From Halocafeteria seosinensis (taxonomy: Eukaryota): a DNA stretch of 64,000 nucleotides. Where the stretch lies: assembly GCA_001687465.1 (NCBI GenBank), contig LVLI01000202.1, forward strand, positions 248,001 to 312,000, in the 5' to 3' direction. The translations under genes were made by a program, and so were the position numbers. The notes beneath the pieces are model-generated. The model did not search any database. It had not been told where the DNA came from and saw nothing but the letters and a program-made list of their open reading frames with translations. Below, in pieces: positions 1 to 15,300 of this stretch (the stretch's first letter is position 1; the number at the start of each line of letters is the position of its first letter).

Positions 1-1726
<1,726 letters not shown>

Positions 1727-1774
1727 CGCGCTGTTTACACAGAGGTTGCCTTCCTCCCAAAGACACCAAAAAGT

Positions 1775-3626
1775 TTATCTGCAAAATGCACAAACGCCCA
1801 TATAAATTGCGGCCATAGCTAAGTCATAGGGAAGCGCCAGCATACTTTTGGCTTGCTTCGGGATGATGCCTTCATCGACGAGCTTCTGCAGAGGAGGCAG
1901 CAGATGCCATACATTCTTGTCGTCCCCAGCAAATATCACTCCGGCCTGGATGGAACATTTAGTTTTAACTTATTGCTCTTGAGAAACCATGTCGGATAAA
2001 CCTGCTTACTCGGTTCCGTTTCATGAGGTCCTTAACACACTTCTTGTAGGCTTCGCGGTCCTCGTCTTCAGCTGGCTCCAAGGCCATATACGCTCGTGTC
2101 TTACGAGGTGGCCACCATCGCTTCTTTTTGTCTAGGTCTGCACGACTCTCTATGCGTGCTGGCTCGGGCCTGCAATGGTGGTACATGAAACATTAACACT
2201 ATGCTAGTGTGCAACAAGCCACCAAATCTTACATTACTGGTTCAACATCAGCCCTGCCGACGAACCTAAACGCCACCTTAAAGGTAATAACGTTTGTGTA
2301 AGTAATAGTTCTCGTGCTGCCCTCCAGAGAATCAGTTCCAGAAATCACGGAACCCGGGGACACGTCGAACTGGTCTCGAGCGCCTCGAGCAGCAGTTTCT
2401 GACTCCAACTGTGAGCGATCGTTCGACACAGGGCCGTCATTCGCTTCCCGAGGAGATGCCTCGTCTGAACCTCTTACTCTCTGTCGCTTAGAAGGCTGAG
2501 AATCTTCTGCATCGCGGGAGAAGTCGCGTCGGCGGGCACAGCCCTCACGATTGATTGCAGCTGATTCGTGAGTAGCAGAAGGTGATCCAGGCGAATAACG
2601 CGGTGGTCTTTCCTCGGAATCAATCCGTGAGTAGCTACGTAGGCTTCCATTACTTCCTGAGTATCTCGATCCGTTATGCCCTAGCTCTTCATTTGGGTAG
2701 GCGTGAGCAGGACCAGGTTGTACTGGTGGGGGAGGAGGGGGAGGAGGGGGTGGAGCCGGGGGTTCAATCAGTGGAGCCGGTGAAGAGTGAATACTAGACA
2801 AAGGTGAAGGGCCTTGAAGAGGCTCGCCGTGTGATCCGTAACGAGGAACATGAGATTGAGCACTCTGTCGGTACCCCGAAGCGCTACTGCTACGAGCAAT
2901 ACCTGGATGAGGTGGGGGCGCTCCGGACGATGGGGGCACAGGAGGTTCCATCCTCCCGTAGTCTTGATATCGGGTGTATCGCTCCTCTTCCACGCGTTCG
3001 CCTTGGGATCTACGACGACTCCAGCTGCCGCTGTCCTGTCGATCCCGGCGACTATCTCTTTCTCTCTCCGGGCTAGTGTATGGTTCTTCATCTCTGCCCC
3101 CCCGGCTTCGGCTACGAAACCGATCCCTCGATGGCGAAATTTCCCGCTCTCGTCCGCGTGAAGCATCCCTGTAGTCTTCTCGCTCTCGGCTTCGGCTTCG
3201 AGTCCTGCTGGCACTGGGTTCCCTTCTTGTATCTTCTTCATACCCGTAATCGCGATAATCTTCCGCTGCATAGTCTCTATGCCTGTCCCACTCCCCGTAA
3301 TAGTCATCCCTCCATTGATCCCTGTCATCTCGTGAGTATCTCCGTTGACCTGCACCGCGCCCTCCTCGTCCACCACCTCGTCCTCTTCCTCTACCTCTAC
3401 CTCGGCCTTGATGCCTCTTGGTTTGTTTCGCAGGGGTGTATCCATGGTCATACCAACCATTCCAGTCACTTTCGGCTCCTCCTGTCGCTTCAGGATACTG
3501 TGTTGAATAATCGCCATAATCATCGTAATAGCCGTCATAGTCGCCGTAATCGCCTCGGGACTCTTCCCACCAATCCCTCGAAGCTGGTGCAGGTCCTCTT
3601 TTGTTTTTTCTCTTATTACGCGCCAT
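1775..3626 (-). CDS. RGG/RS/Pro-rich protein with a C-terminal SPOC-like domain
   Basis: ATG at 3626. Introns 2170-2232 and 1946-2009 join into VEPVMPEPARIESRADL...ALEPAEDEDREAYKKCVKDLMKRNRAGVIF...WHLLPP, which resembles the SPOC consensus (RAGV, LxPP). Stop at 1775-1777. Confidence 0.7.
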
Positions 3627-3949
3627 TTTCAACCACCATGAGTGCAAACATACAACATATAATAAACTAATACAAATACACAGTACTGGATGAAATTGAA
3701 AACAAGTACATCAATGCGTAGTGTGAATGACTCTCCTTGACTTTGGAGGGTCAACCACCAAGGGGGATCCATAGGGGACAAAAAGGTCTGCAATTCAAAT
3801 TGAAGTTAGATACAGGCTGTATCATACAGCGTGGTCGAGCTATTGTAGAGCCATTTACCGCATATTATAGATATTGAATGCTTATAGTATCATCAATGTA
3901 TCCTTAGTATTTATTCATTTTGAACGCATGAGAGGGAGGAAGAGCAGCA

Positions 3950-6446
3950 ATGGCGGCTTCTTCGGAGGAAGACCAGGGTCTTTCTGATGACATCATGTTG
4001 GCATCATTGCAAGGGTTAGATGAGGTATCCAGCTCAAATAATGCACATAGCGACAATTCTGGTGCTTCGGTGTCCATTAGCGGGACAGGGGCTGCACGGA
4101 AAGGGAAGGAAGAACAGGATGGGAAGAAATTGAGAATTCCTGACCCAGGAGAATTCACAGAGCCATGTCAATGTGTATATGGCGTATTATCGAGATGGTT
4201 CCATCATGACTCCTTCCGGACGATGCAGTGGCAGATTATTGCCTCAGTTCTGATGGGTCAAGATGGGGTTGCAGTTTTGGCGACGGGCTCAGGGAAGTCA
4301 TTAACGTATCAATTCCCCGCAGTATTTTTGAGAAGTGTAGGTTCAGGGTCGTTAAGTAAACTGTGTGCAAAGGGTCCCGGAAAATGTTGGGTAGATATCG
4401 TAAAGAATGTAAGTTTCCACTTCCGATTAATACCGTTTCTAGTATTCTTCAGTGGCAAGGGTAGCCCGACGGCTCTGAAGTAGTCGCTGTATCATTATGC
4501 ATGTTTTTTGACTGCTACAGAACGACGCAAAACGTGCTATTGGAGGAACAACTGTAGTGGTCAGTCCACTGCTATCACTCATGTATGATCAAGTAGATGC
4601 ATTGAAAAGAAAAGATGTAAAGGCCGCATTTCTTAGTAGCGAACAACGAGATATGACTACATTTGAGCGCACTCTCCGGGGAGAGTACAATATCGTGTAC
4701 GTCACTCCGGAGTTAGCGGTTTCGGGCTGGTGCAATAAATTGCAACAGTTGAGTAAAGAAGGGAAACTTGGTCTTGTCGCCATTGACGAGAGCCACTGTG
4801 TTTCCGAATGGGGTCATGACTTTCGTCCCTCTTATAGAGGACTTGGAGTTTTGAAGGGATTGCTTGAAACTTCTTCCTTATCGACTCCTATCCTGGCATT
4901 GACTGCTACAGCTACGCCAGTGACTATCCGTGATATCGCGCATAATCTCTCTCTTGCAAGCCCACTGCTGCATAAGTTCTCGGTGGACCGTCACAATGTC
5001 TACTATTCCTTTCATTGCCGGGCCTCAGACGAAATTGACCTGGTCAAGGCCATTTTCTGCAACGTTGATTCGGAGCACAAAGGAAAGGCAGTGCCCTCAA
5101 TTATTTATTGTAGAACAAAAGCGGAGACTGAAAGACTGGCTTCATTGATACGGTCGAAGTTTAGAGTACCCTCTGAGCCATTTCACGCCGGTCTTCCCGT
5201 AAAGAAAAAGCATCAAGTACAAGACAGCTTTATGAAGGATGAAACGATTGTCGTATGTGCAACTATAGCATTTGGGATGGGTGTTGATAAGCCGAATATT
5301 CGCGTAATTGTTCACTGGGGACTGCCTGGTAGTGCTGAGGCATTTCTCCAACATTGCGGCCGAGCTGGACGCGACGGTAAACCATCACGCTGCTTCTTGT
5401 TCTGGTCTCAAAGTGATTTTAGTCAGCAAGAGAATTTGATACACTATGGAAGCGCTTCGGATGTGCATAAGAATGCTCAACTTGAAAAGTACCGGGAAAT
5501 GGTCAACATCGTTACTTCATCTCCCATCGCATGCAAGAGGCAACAACTCTTAAAAAAGTTTGACGAGGATCGTGAGCCTGCCACGCAGCTGGGAGTTTGT
5601 TGCAGTGGTTGTGACGAAAGAATTCGTCGCACCACAGCTGATTCTAGTGGGGGATCCACGAGCTATCATCTCCCTGTTAACCAAGATACGCTAACGGAAA
5701 AACAGGTCACGAGGTTGAATAAGCATTGCCAATACTTGTGCCAAGCAATCATTAGTATCAATTGCAGGGCAGGGCTAGGGACGATAATACAACTAGTGAT
5801 GGGATCTAAGTCGGAAAAGCTTTCTAAATTCTTTAGTGAGAAACAGCTCGCGTACATGGACGTTTACGGAAAAGGATCTGGTATATCAAAGGAGTATTGG
5901 CAGGCACTTGCTCGCTTCTGTATCCGACTAGGCTTTGTAGAATCTTCCACGAAATCAGTAGGAAACTACCATAAACGGAACTTCTCCTTCACCGTTTACA
6001 AGGTCACGCAACGTGGGCACGAGCTCGTGAAAGGCCGTTGGACTATTCCGTCTGATGTGCACGTCCCTGTCGATTTATCGCGCAACGGCAATTTTGGAAC
6101 CGTCGTGATGTCCGGTGCAGGCGTATCTTCGTCTAAACGCCCACGCACCAGTGCTGAGCAACAAGCATCTCCTCTGAAATCGATGAAACCCGGACCACAA
6201 CCAGGGCAAATAATGAAGGTAGATATCTTGAATAAGCTCTATAGTGCACGGAAACAGATAGCTAAAGCTCACGGACTAAAACCGTTTATGGTGGTCAGTA
6301 AAGGTACCCTCGAAGAACTAGCTTCCCAACAACCTACCACGGAAAAAGAATTGAGAAATGTCAACGGTATTTTTGACGCCACGATAAAGCAATTCGGTAC
6401 TGAACTGCTCGAATCTATTCGTCAAGCCACTAACGGTCCAGGCTAA
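3950..6446 (+). CDS. RecQ-family DNA helicase with RQC and HRDC domains
   Basis: Motifs ATGSGKS, VVSPLLSLMYDQV, DESHCVSEWGHDFRPSY, LTATAT, ATIAFGMGVDKPNIR and QHCGRAGRDG are present, followed by a Cys-rich RQC and a C-terminal HRDC-like segment. Intron 4409-4520. Confidence 0.95.
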
Positions 6447-6489
6447 TGGAAATGGCTTATTAATATTACTCAGGTCCGCCAAGAATGAT

Positions 6490-8165
6490 TTAATTATTCG
6501 CCTCAGATGTTTCTTTGATCGCGGTTCCTGCTGCCCTAATTTGGTCGGAAATGTCTCGTTGATCCCATGAAGCTGATGAATCGCTCGTTGCAACCCTCGC
6601 CAGATTCGCCAAGACGGAATCGATGACCTCTTGCATACCTAGGGAATGAAACAGCTCCTTTGGCGAACCATCCCGAGTTTGGATAAGCGATAGAATAGAC
6701 AATAAATAGCGGAATATGACAATGGGTTGTGTCTCTTTTGGTAGCATTTCCATTGCCCCGCAGAATATACTCGTGTCAGCTTCTTCGAGCGACCCCGTTA
6801 TGTGAGCGACACTCTCTGTTTCACGGGCCTCTCGTAGCGAAATGCTCAGGTTGAAAAGTACAGCGGATGCCATCCGTCGGCAAAGGGCTTCTCCGCAGTT
6901 GAGCAAGTGCAGTATACTTGAAACGAATTCTGAAAGGATGGTCTTTTCTAGCACAATCTTCTGACCCGCGTGAGACACTAGAGCGTTGGCCAAATTGGCC
7001 AGTGCAATGCACACCGTTTGCTCGCCACTCTTGTTTTCTCGATGCCTGCGTAGATGTGCCAAAAACAATTGAGAGAACCGGTCTTCTTGAAGCAGCCTGT
7101 CAGCCCCTGAAGGGTATAGGATTAAATTACGGGTGAACATCAATACAACGGCAACGCTGCACCATCTTCCTTGGTTTACCAGCTTAGAGTGTAGTTCCAC
7201 CAACGTTTCTGCCAGTTCTTCAATTCCCGGGAAGTCACTGTTATTCTTGAGCGAGACAGAATCGGCAGTGCATAAGGCTTCCTTAGCTTTACGAAGCTTC
7301 GCAATCGAGTTTTCATCGACACCGTCGCGGCTAAGGGATCGAAGAAGGTCATCTATCCTCTCCAGTTTGACCCAAGTGATTGGCTTTTTCGCTTCTTGTA
7401 GCATTTGCGACGAAGTGTACTTCCTATGCTGACGTTCAGTAGGGGCTAGTGAGCCCGAAGAAGCACCGGGATCTACTACTTGATTATTCTGTGGAGTCCC
7501 TTGACCCTGTTGGGATTGTATCGAACCTCCCGTGGCTGCACCGCCCTGTTGCATCGCTGCAAACGGGTCATTCTGCACCCCAAATCTTCCTTCCATCTGG
7601 TCGATCATTGGCCGCAACATCTGCAACGCAAACTCAAAATTAAGTACAAGTCTTTGTCTAATCTGGAACCGCCCTTAATTACCTGTCCTAACTGGCTATT
7701 TAGCACAGTCTGTGGAAGCTGTACAATTTCCGAAGGAATGCCATGGCCGAGTAAAAACCTGGAAACTTCATCTGCGCGCATCAACAAAAGGACTCCATTC
7801 AAACAGGGGCATGCAACGCAACAGCACGGGTACGTACCTGTGAAGTGGTTGCAGTTGTGATTGAATAAATCATAAGTGGCCGCTGTATATCGATGCCGTA
7901 TGGAATTCAGAAAGCTCTCCAGCTCTTGCTTGCTCTTCGTTGTGTTCCCCAGCTCCAAGACTTTGACTGGGCGCAAGCCAAAGGTCGCTTCTACTTGCTG
8001 AGGTGGTCGAGCTTGTATACCGCCACTGAAAAAGTACTCGATGCCTTGGTATTCGATGCCTGTATGCCATATGGCTTCCAGTTGAAGTCCGAACATGGGG
8101 GCGAATTGCGCCGCCATGCCTTGGCTGAGGTCATAACAGCGAAGTCGTACAGGGTATTGTGACAT
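6490..8165 (-). CDS. PPPDE/DeSI-type desumoylase/deubiquitinase with a C-terminal PUL-like ARM domain
   Basis: YDLSQGMA, IWHTGI (catalytic His), YDLFNHNCNHF (catalytic Cys) and GIPSEIVQLPQTVLNSQLGQ. The C-terminal RRMASAVLFNLS and FRYLLSI resemble PUL. Introns 7772-7837 and 7621-7682. Confidence 0.88.
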
Positions 8166-9344
8166 GGTTAGTCTTAATGATATCAAAATTTAATGATCTT
8201 ATTTGTATCAATACTTGGCAAAAACTAGTCAATGTCGTCCAACTTCAACAACGCTACAATTGTACACTGTAAATGGAACAAAAACACTTGCTAACTCCGC
8301 TGTATCTTGTACACATCAATGAACGCGGCATATCATACTGTGGACGAATTCGGTTACCCCCGACTCGCCGATGAATGGAGGTTGAGAACCTCGAATGGGA
8401 GGACCCTATGCGGATTCCTGGAACTTCTGAGTTGCGGAATACTATTGTGTTCTAGTTAACACCAGTATGTATAACGAGTTGAACTTGTGACAATTCATCT
8501 ATCCAGAAGCAGGCCAATTCGCCCGCGATGCACCAGATGATTTCAAAAATTACAACCTTAGGCGACCCCAAGAAAGGTCGAGTCCATTTGGTTCAGGCGC
8601 TAGAACCCGGTTCTTGTACCTTTGGTAGACCGGATGGGAATGTGTGTGGTGTACAGTATTATGAAGTGTGAACAGCTCGTGATTTAGCTTTGTTCTAATT
8701 TTGTTTCAGTGTTACTCGATAATTGCTGAACTTGAAATGAGTTTGCGCTGCTGGTTTTCCTACGTACTGGTTTGTTGCGTTATGAGCGGGAGTTAGTTCC
8801 AGTATTACATTGTACACGAAGAATTGCAGAAGCGTGGGGCAGATGGCACGAGATGGAAACCTTCCGAAATTTACGTTCGGAATTTTAGCTGCGACGTGCG
8901 AGTGAGCAGATCGTCATTCGATTCGACAGGGCGAGAGGTCTAGTAACCGCACAGCCATCTGTTGGGCCTCGCAACTCTCCCATGAATCTCGATTGCAAGA
9001 GCTGGATATTATCAAGGCTTGTGGAACAGTTTAGGGAGAATACTAACACGCATGGTGTTGTCAACCCAGCATAAATGACACAATTCGCGGAACTTTCCTG
9101 AATTCGTAGTCAGCAGCAGCCGCAAGCGAGCTGTTCATTCCCTGAAATCAGGACCGTTCGAAACCCAAATGTTAGCCCACCGCCCCCTGAAATCGGATAT
9201 AAACCACTGGATCATCTACTATAGGGCAAACCGTTTTCTTCATCGTTCATTACGAAAGGGAAAAAACGGGAAGAAACTCTACCTATGCATGTACCCGTTT
9301 TCCAAAGCAGTCAATGAATCATCGACAAATCGCCAAAGGATTCC

Positions 9345-12300
9345 CTACAGCAGGGGAATCAGAATTCGTCCAAGAGGCGTTTCGCATACCGACAACGCGT
9401 AGTGATTAACTTGAGCGTGGGCAATCTCCCGATGAATCGCTTCGCCTTCTTTCCAAGGATCAAAAATGTTTGGAAAAGCCAGAAGTCGACGCCATTTAAG
9501 GCAGTGTAGACGGTTTCCAATGATGTCATTTTTGTCAGCGAGCGACCCACCAAGCTCAGGAATTGCTTCCTGAGAGAGTGCTGGTAAAGTAGAGGACACT
9601 TCGGCAAGATCAGACTCTTCAGTGTAATACGTCGGGATACAACAGAGTTCTTGCCAAGACGGCACTTCACAGTCAGTGGGTGCGTTCTCGATAATTTGTT
9701 CGCTACCAGCCATGTTGATAATCTGATCCCCTATCTTCTCTGCGTGGTTCCCCAGAGAAGAAAGGCGGTCCGGTTCGAAAGAATGCCATTTTGAATGTTC
9801 CTTAGCGCCTTCCTCGCTTAGATCGCCGATGAGGTCTATTAAGTCTAGGTTCTGCATCACCATCCTTTGCATTTCTTCCACAGATACAACTGTATCTTTG
9901 GGAGCATTCTTGAACTCTTGGAAAATACTAACCAGTACTTCCACGTTCTTCTCAGTGAGTTGGACAACAGTGTCACCAAACTTAGAGTCAGCGCAGTCTT
10001 CGCAAACAGCATGGGAGAACGCCATCGAATAAAGCAGTTGCAACAGGGATAGTGCTCGACGCACCTGCACGAATCGTTCATTTTGGAAAGCATGCAGCAA
10101 TCCTTGGTCACTGTTGTCGGTAGAGCCCGAGGCAAGAGGCGAGTGCAATCCATGTTTAAGCATCAACCCCAGGCAGGAATTTGACGCCGTACCGATTCCT
10201 AGAATAGTGTTGAGAATGATCTCATCTATGGCTGTTTGATTCGGTTGCACAAACAAATCTACGTTGAGCAGAATCGTCCACGCCACTTTTAGCAGCATCT
10301 CCATTTGAGTTTCCCATGACTCTAAGCTGGAACACCAGTGAAAGAGGGCGATTTCACTGCCGCCAAGATCCAGACAAGAACTTATAGCATGCACATCCTG
10401 CAAGGTCGCCACACTGATACCGTTTCTAAACGTTGAGGCCTGACCCTCCTGAGGAAGTTGCAGTGGAGACCGTTCTTGCCATATGCGTCTGTTCAGGGCC
10501 ACTGCCAAAGCATGTGCAACCGATACGGTTGATATCAATTGCGCACTTGTACCCACAAGAGAAAGCGAAGAGTATAAAGCATACTTCACGGGCCATAAAT
10601 CGAAATCCCCAGGAGTAAAGGAGCTACGAATGCTCCACTGTACGACATCCCCGGTATATACTCTGGTACGAACATTCCGGCGTCTAAGCCATTCTTCGTG
10701 GCCAATTAGCTGCTTACCAACACAGCCGTTGTAAAAGAATTGAGGTGCAACTGTGGAAACTGTATTTCGAGGTAGCGATGGAACTGTGGAGTCACAAGTA
10801 CTCAATATGCCAGTGGTGATAAAATTACCTGTAGCTCTTGTCAGAAAGCCGTTTGCCCATGGCTGTAGTAAAACATCACCGCCAGGGAAGCTAAGTTTGT
10901 GTTGTAGTGAAACAGGTAAAACGGGAGGCACAAAAAATCCAAGCCAAGAAACTTCCCGGTGTTGCCAAACGAAGCGCGAAGTCGGGGTCCGGATGGCGTT
11001 AATCCACAGCGGATCGACAGAGGGCAATTTTCCGGATATTCCCACCTGCTGGTCCTCAGTGGCAGGATCAAAAGAATCTTCGCGGTAGGGAGAATGAAGG
11101 ACGGATTCAACGACACAACGTTGCTGTGAACGGAAACTGCCCGCGGCACCAACGTCGCAGGGTAGGAATGGTAAGTTCTCCAAGCGGAGGTCATAAGTTC
11201 TTTCCAGTTTATCTGAGATTCTGAACGGTCTATCCAGGGACACAGCCAGGGGAGAACCAGCTAAATGAAACAGTGTGGATGCTAATATTTTATCCACTTT
11301 TTGAGCGTCCTGCAAACAATCCTCCGCTGTAATTCGAAGAGCTGAGAGCACATCTACTACGGCCAAACATGCGTGGCTATGGTTCACGGGAAATGTTGCT
11401 ATGACCCGAAGCAAATCCTCTAGTACTGTCACAAACTTGTCACTAGCACTGCTTGCTTCAGTGTTAGCTGAGTTTTCTACTAATTGAGAAACGTAGCTTG
11501 GATTTTCTAAAAGGAACGCACACCAAAACGACAGAGGATTCATGCTACTGATTACGAGCTCATCCCTGTTCTCGGATCCCTCATCACCGCAACGTTTGGA
11601 CGATGCCTCTCTCATCTGCTGCTCCATCGATTTCCCTACCTGAGCATAGGTAGTTTTCGGCTTGATTAGAGGAACCTCAGTATTCGCCACTGATGAGTCA
11701 CTGCTTAATCCGATTACCTCAGCATCCGCCGCCACGGGTCTACTCTCGTTGAAACTATTTGCTTCAAGCAAGGTACATGAGTCAAGCGACTTTGATGCCG
11801 AACTGCCCCTGTTCATCCCAAAGCACCATCGCGCGTGTGAGCGCTCCGGATCTGTGAACAACGAGGTTGAGCTGGTGATCACGTCTCCATCTGTGGACTT
11901 CGGCGGCTCACCGTTAGTGAAAGAATTGCCTCCCGGATTTCTATGGTATTCAATAACGTACTTCTCGAATAACTTTCGCGCAGAGTCAGTCTTCGTTTGC
12001 ATCGCTTCAGTCATAGAAGCCAACGAATGCAACAGCGGCTGACAATGAGAATCTTCAGTTCCACTCAAGCTTCGAGAATCTAGGCTGTACTCCACTAGTT
12101 CGGCCTTCGTGGCCGCCGTTATTCTAATGCATTGGAAGCAGTGCTGTATAATCTTGCATTGGGCAAGCAATAGTGCCTCGATTACCCGGGGGGAAGTACC
12201 ACCGTTTTCCTGTCTCTCTTCTGCAGACCCAAACGTCGTTCCATTATCCTGAACAATGTGGTCTGAAGCATAACCCTGTCCTTGCTTTCTAGCCAGCTCT

Positions 12301-15300
12301 ATATCTTCCATCATTTCGCTGCGGCGGTTNCTTCGCTTCATCTCCTCGACTTTTCGATTATGCTCTCGGGCTGATACTGTGTCACGCGTAATCATGGACG
12401 ATCGCAATGCCTCTTCCTCGCGAGAGAAGTGTAACTGCTCCAAGAGGGGCTCTATCTGCGCCCATAGCCATGGAACCAAAAAACACTGGTGTGAGAGCTC
12501 TGAAGCAGAAACATATTGCATCCATAAAGATTGCCGGTGCCCAATGTGCTCTAGGCATTGGGCCTTATTCACGTGCCGTACAAGAGAATCAAGCTCTCCA
12601 GGGCTAAGCCACATGACATCCATGAAGGGTGGACGAGAAACAAATTTCCAGATAGTACTGGCTTCTGCGACGCACGAATCCACGTTTACAGGTGAAACGT
12701 CAAATGCTCGTAGCAACGAGTATATCAAAACCAACCAGTCAACCAATTCAATTTGAGTTAGGTCACCCACTTTATTCAAGAAAGCAGAGTGTAATAACAG
12801 CGCATACTGACTATTCGCGGTGTTCTCGCGGTACCGAATTTCTTCAAGTATCGACTGAAGCCGGCTAGAGCTCCTCATCGAGGCGGTGCGTCCAGTATTA
12901 GAGCAGCTAGCGATGGGGCTAACTCTCCAAATATCGTCGACAAAGCTGTCGTCGTTTGAAGAGTCTGCTCTCATTTGACTTACGTAACTCAGCCAGAACA
13001 GACTGGATACCAACATACTGCAAGGTAAACCGCCCACTACAGTCCGCTCTACGACGTTAAGATACGATATCCAAACCCCCAAATGCGTTTGTTTCACTGC
13101 GAAATTCTCTTTGTCATTTTGCTCGGAAGCAACACTACTATCAAAAGACTCATCCTCGCGCCGTGCGGCTGCATGTGTACTGTTGGTTCCTGTCTCGCCT
13201 ACGGAGCGAGACTCTGCTGACAAACTGACATCTAGTGCTGCCCTTCCCCCCTCTAGATTTCTGTAGCGGCTAGATACTCGCCTCTTTCTCCGCCGTTCGC
13301 TGACCTCCGTGATACTGCTATCCAAACCTTCTTCCTCTTCCCTAGGACCGTAGTCGTTCAGCGTTGTGGTAGGAGGAGGATGCCGAACAGACGCACTTTC
13401 CATCGTCCCGGTCACCTTCGTTAGAACCATAGATTTGCAAGTCTTAAAGCTCTTAACACTACGCAACCAGCTAGCGATGCAGTGACGTAATATCGGGTTA
13501 GTTGCAATTTTCGCAGTAACATACTCTTCCCCTGCTGACAGCCAAGGTACCCCGACCAACACCTGTGCCACCATTGCCATAACATTTCCCAGTACTGCAT
13601 AGAACAAACTCCACTTGACAAGATCATCAACAGCAACACTGTTGATAATATCCGGATCTGAAAGAAACGGGAACAGTTGTTCTGAGTTGTAGAACCCTGG
13701 TCCTAGAAGCACGTTCAAACTGCCCTCTTCATGCAGAGCAGGGACGACAATTGTAATCTTTTGAAAGGCACTCTCATCGATGGAAAAGAATTTTTCATCC
13801 TTATGACAGGATAGCACGTCTGCAAATGTGCAGCAGAATAACACGACAGAAATATCTTCTATTGAAAGGCGGGGCGTTGACGCTCCACCAAAGAAGAACT
13901 CCTCTAAAAGCGGTTTGATTTGTAATACGGGAGACCCACAGCCTCGAGTAAGCGTCCTCAGGGTCGGGCATTTCGAAGTACCGGTGTGAGACAACGTAGT
14001 TACAACGTACTTCATTAGTCTGGAAAACGATAGCACATCGTTTAGTCGCTGTATATGGTGAAACACTGTTGCAATAGTCCCAGGGGAACCAACAGGAAGT
14101 GTAGATTCCGATCCTAGTGCATTACCACGCATCGAGTTCGCCAAGTCAAAGCAGAAACAGATCACAGGGTCGCTACAGTCTTCCAAGTTGAGTTTACCAC
14201 AGTAAGATACGCTATTCGCGAATACAAGTACGATTCCAACTGAGTCCAAATAATGTGAGCCAATGTCACAAACATTCGACATTAATTGATGTAGCTTGGG
14301 GTCAGTCGCCGCTTTCTCTGACAGGTTTACAGACCTCATACTGTATTTAATTCGCCCTAAAACACCCTGTACAATATGTGACGCTGAACTGAAGTTTGTC
14401 GTTAGTGTAGTTGCTCTTTTCATGGTTCTACTACAAACTGTGATCAGTTTATGTACTGAGCCCGTACTCATGCCACCTACGGCTTTCCCAGCCTTCCCGT
14501 GACATTCGGCTGCGGATAATCCCAAGAGCAGATCAACTAAAGCCAACAATAGTTTGCAATGGAAAACTCTTGAATGATACTTCCCAAAACCCTCATCAGG
14601 TTCCCGCAAGTATTCTCGCTTATGTTGAAGAAACTCGTCCCAGATTGATGGTAGCAAAGACCCGGGAGAACGTTCTTGGGGGTCGCCGAGGTTAAATCCT
14701 GTTCTTCCTAGATTGAACATGGCAAGCAGAGCCTCCCGTAGGGAATCCGCTCGACGACGCTGAGTTTCCTGCTGTAGTCCACTCCACAGCGCAGAAGTTT
14801 CTTCTATGACTGAATCGCACAAGGAAATGATATTGTCAATCACTGCAGGTAGTGTGCTAAAAGCGACAGAAGTCATTGTCAGAGAAAAAGACGTGCTGCT
14901 CTGCTTCCTAGAGTTATCATTCACTTGTCCGTTAGTTCCTTGTCGCTGCTTGTTTTCTGTGTATCGATATGTTTGATTTGCAAGTGCAAGTAACAGATCT
15001 AACGACATGGATTCAGTGAAGTGTTCCAATTTACGGTTGAGCGACAGATGCTTAAGCAGATTCCAGCAAAACTCAACACGTTTGCCGTCTGGAGAAGGGG
15101 GTTCCGGTAGTTCAACCCTCAGAGCATGTTTTAGTAACAAAAACACAACGGACCGGCTGTACGAGCCCCCTATGTGTTCGTCGTTCTCGTTCATTCCTAA
15201 GAGCGCTTGCAGCGAATGACTCTCAAGTTTTTTTTGGAGAAGCGGTTCCACAGTCTCGGCTGCCCATGTCGATGCGTCTAAACCATTGACATGGCGCATT

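Noticed and set aside
2768..3670. Long alternative-frame and antisense ORFs over the RGG/RS gene
   Set aside because: They are shadows of low-complexity coding sequence with no independent motifs.
8200..9340. Possible small multi-exon gene in the 1.1-kb gap
   Set aside because: Some splice-like signals exist, but I could not build a consistent or recognisable product.
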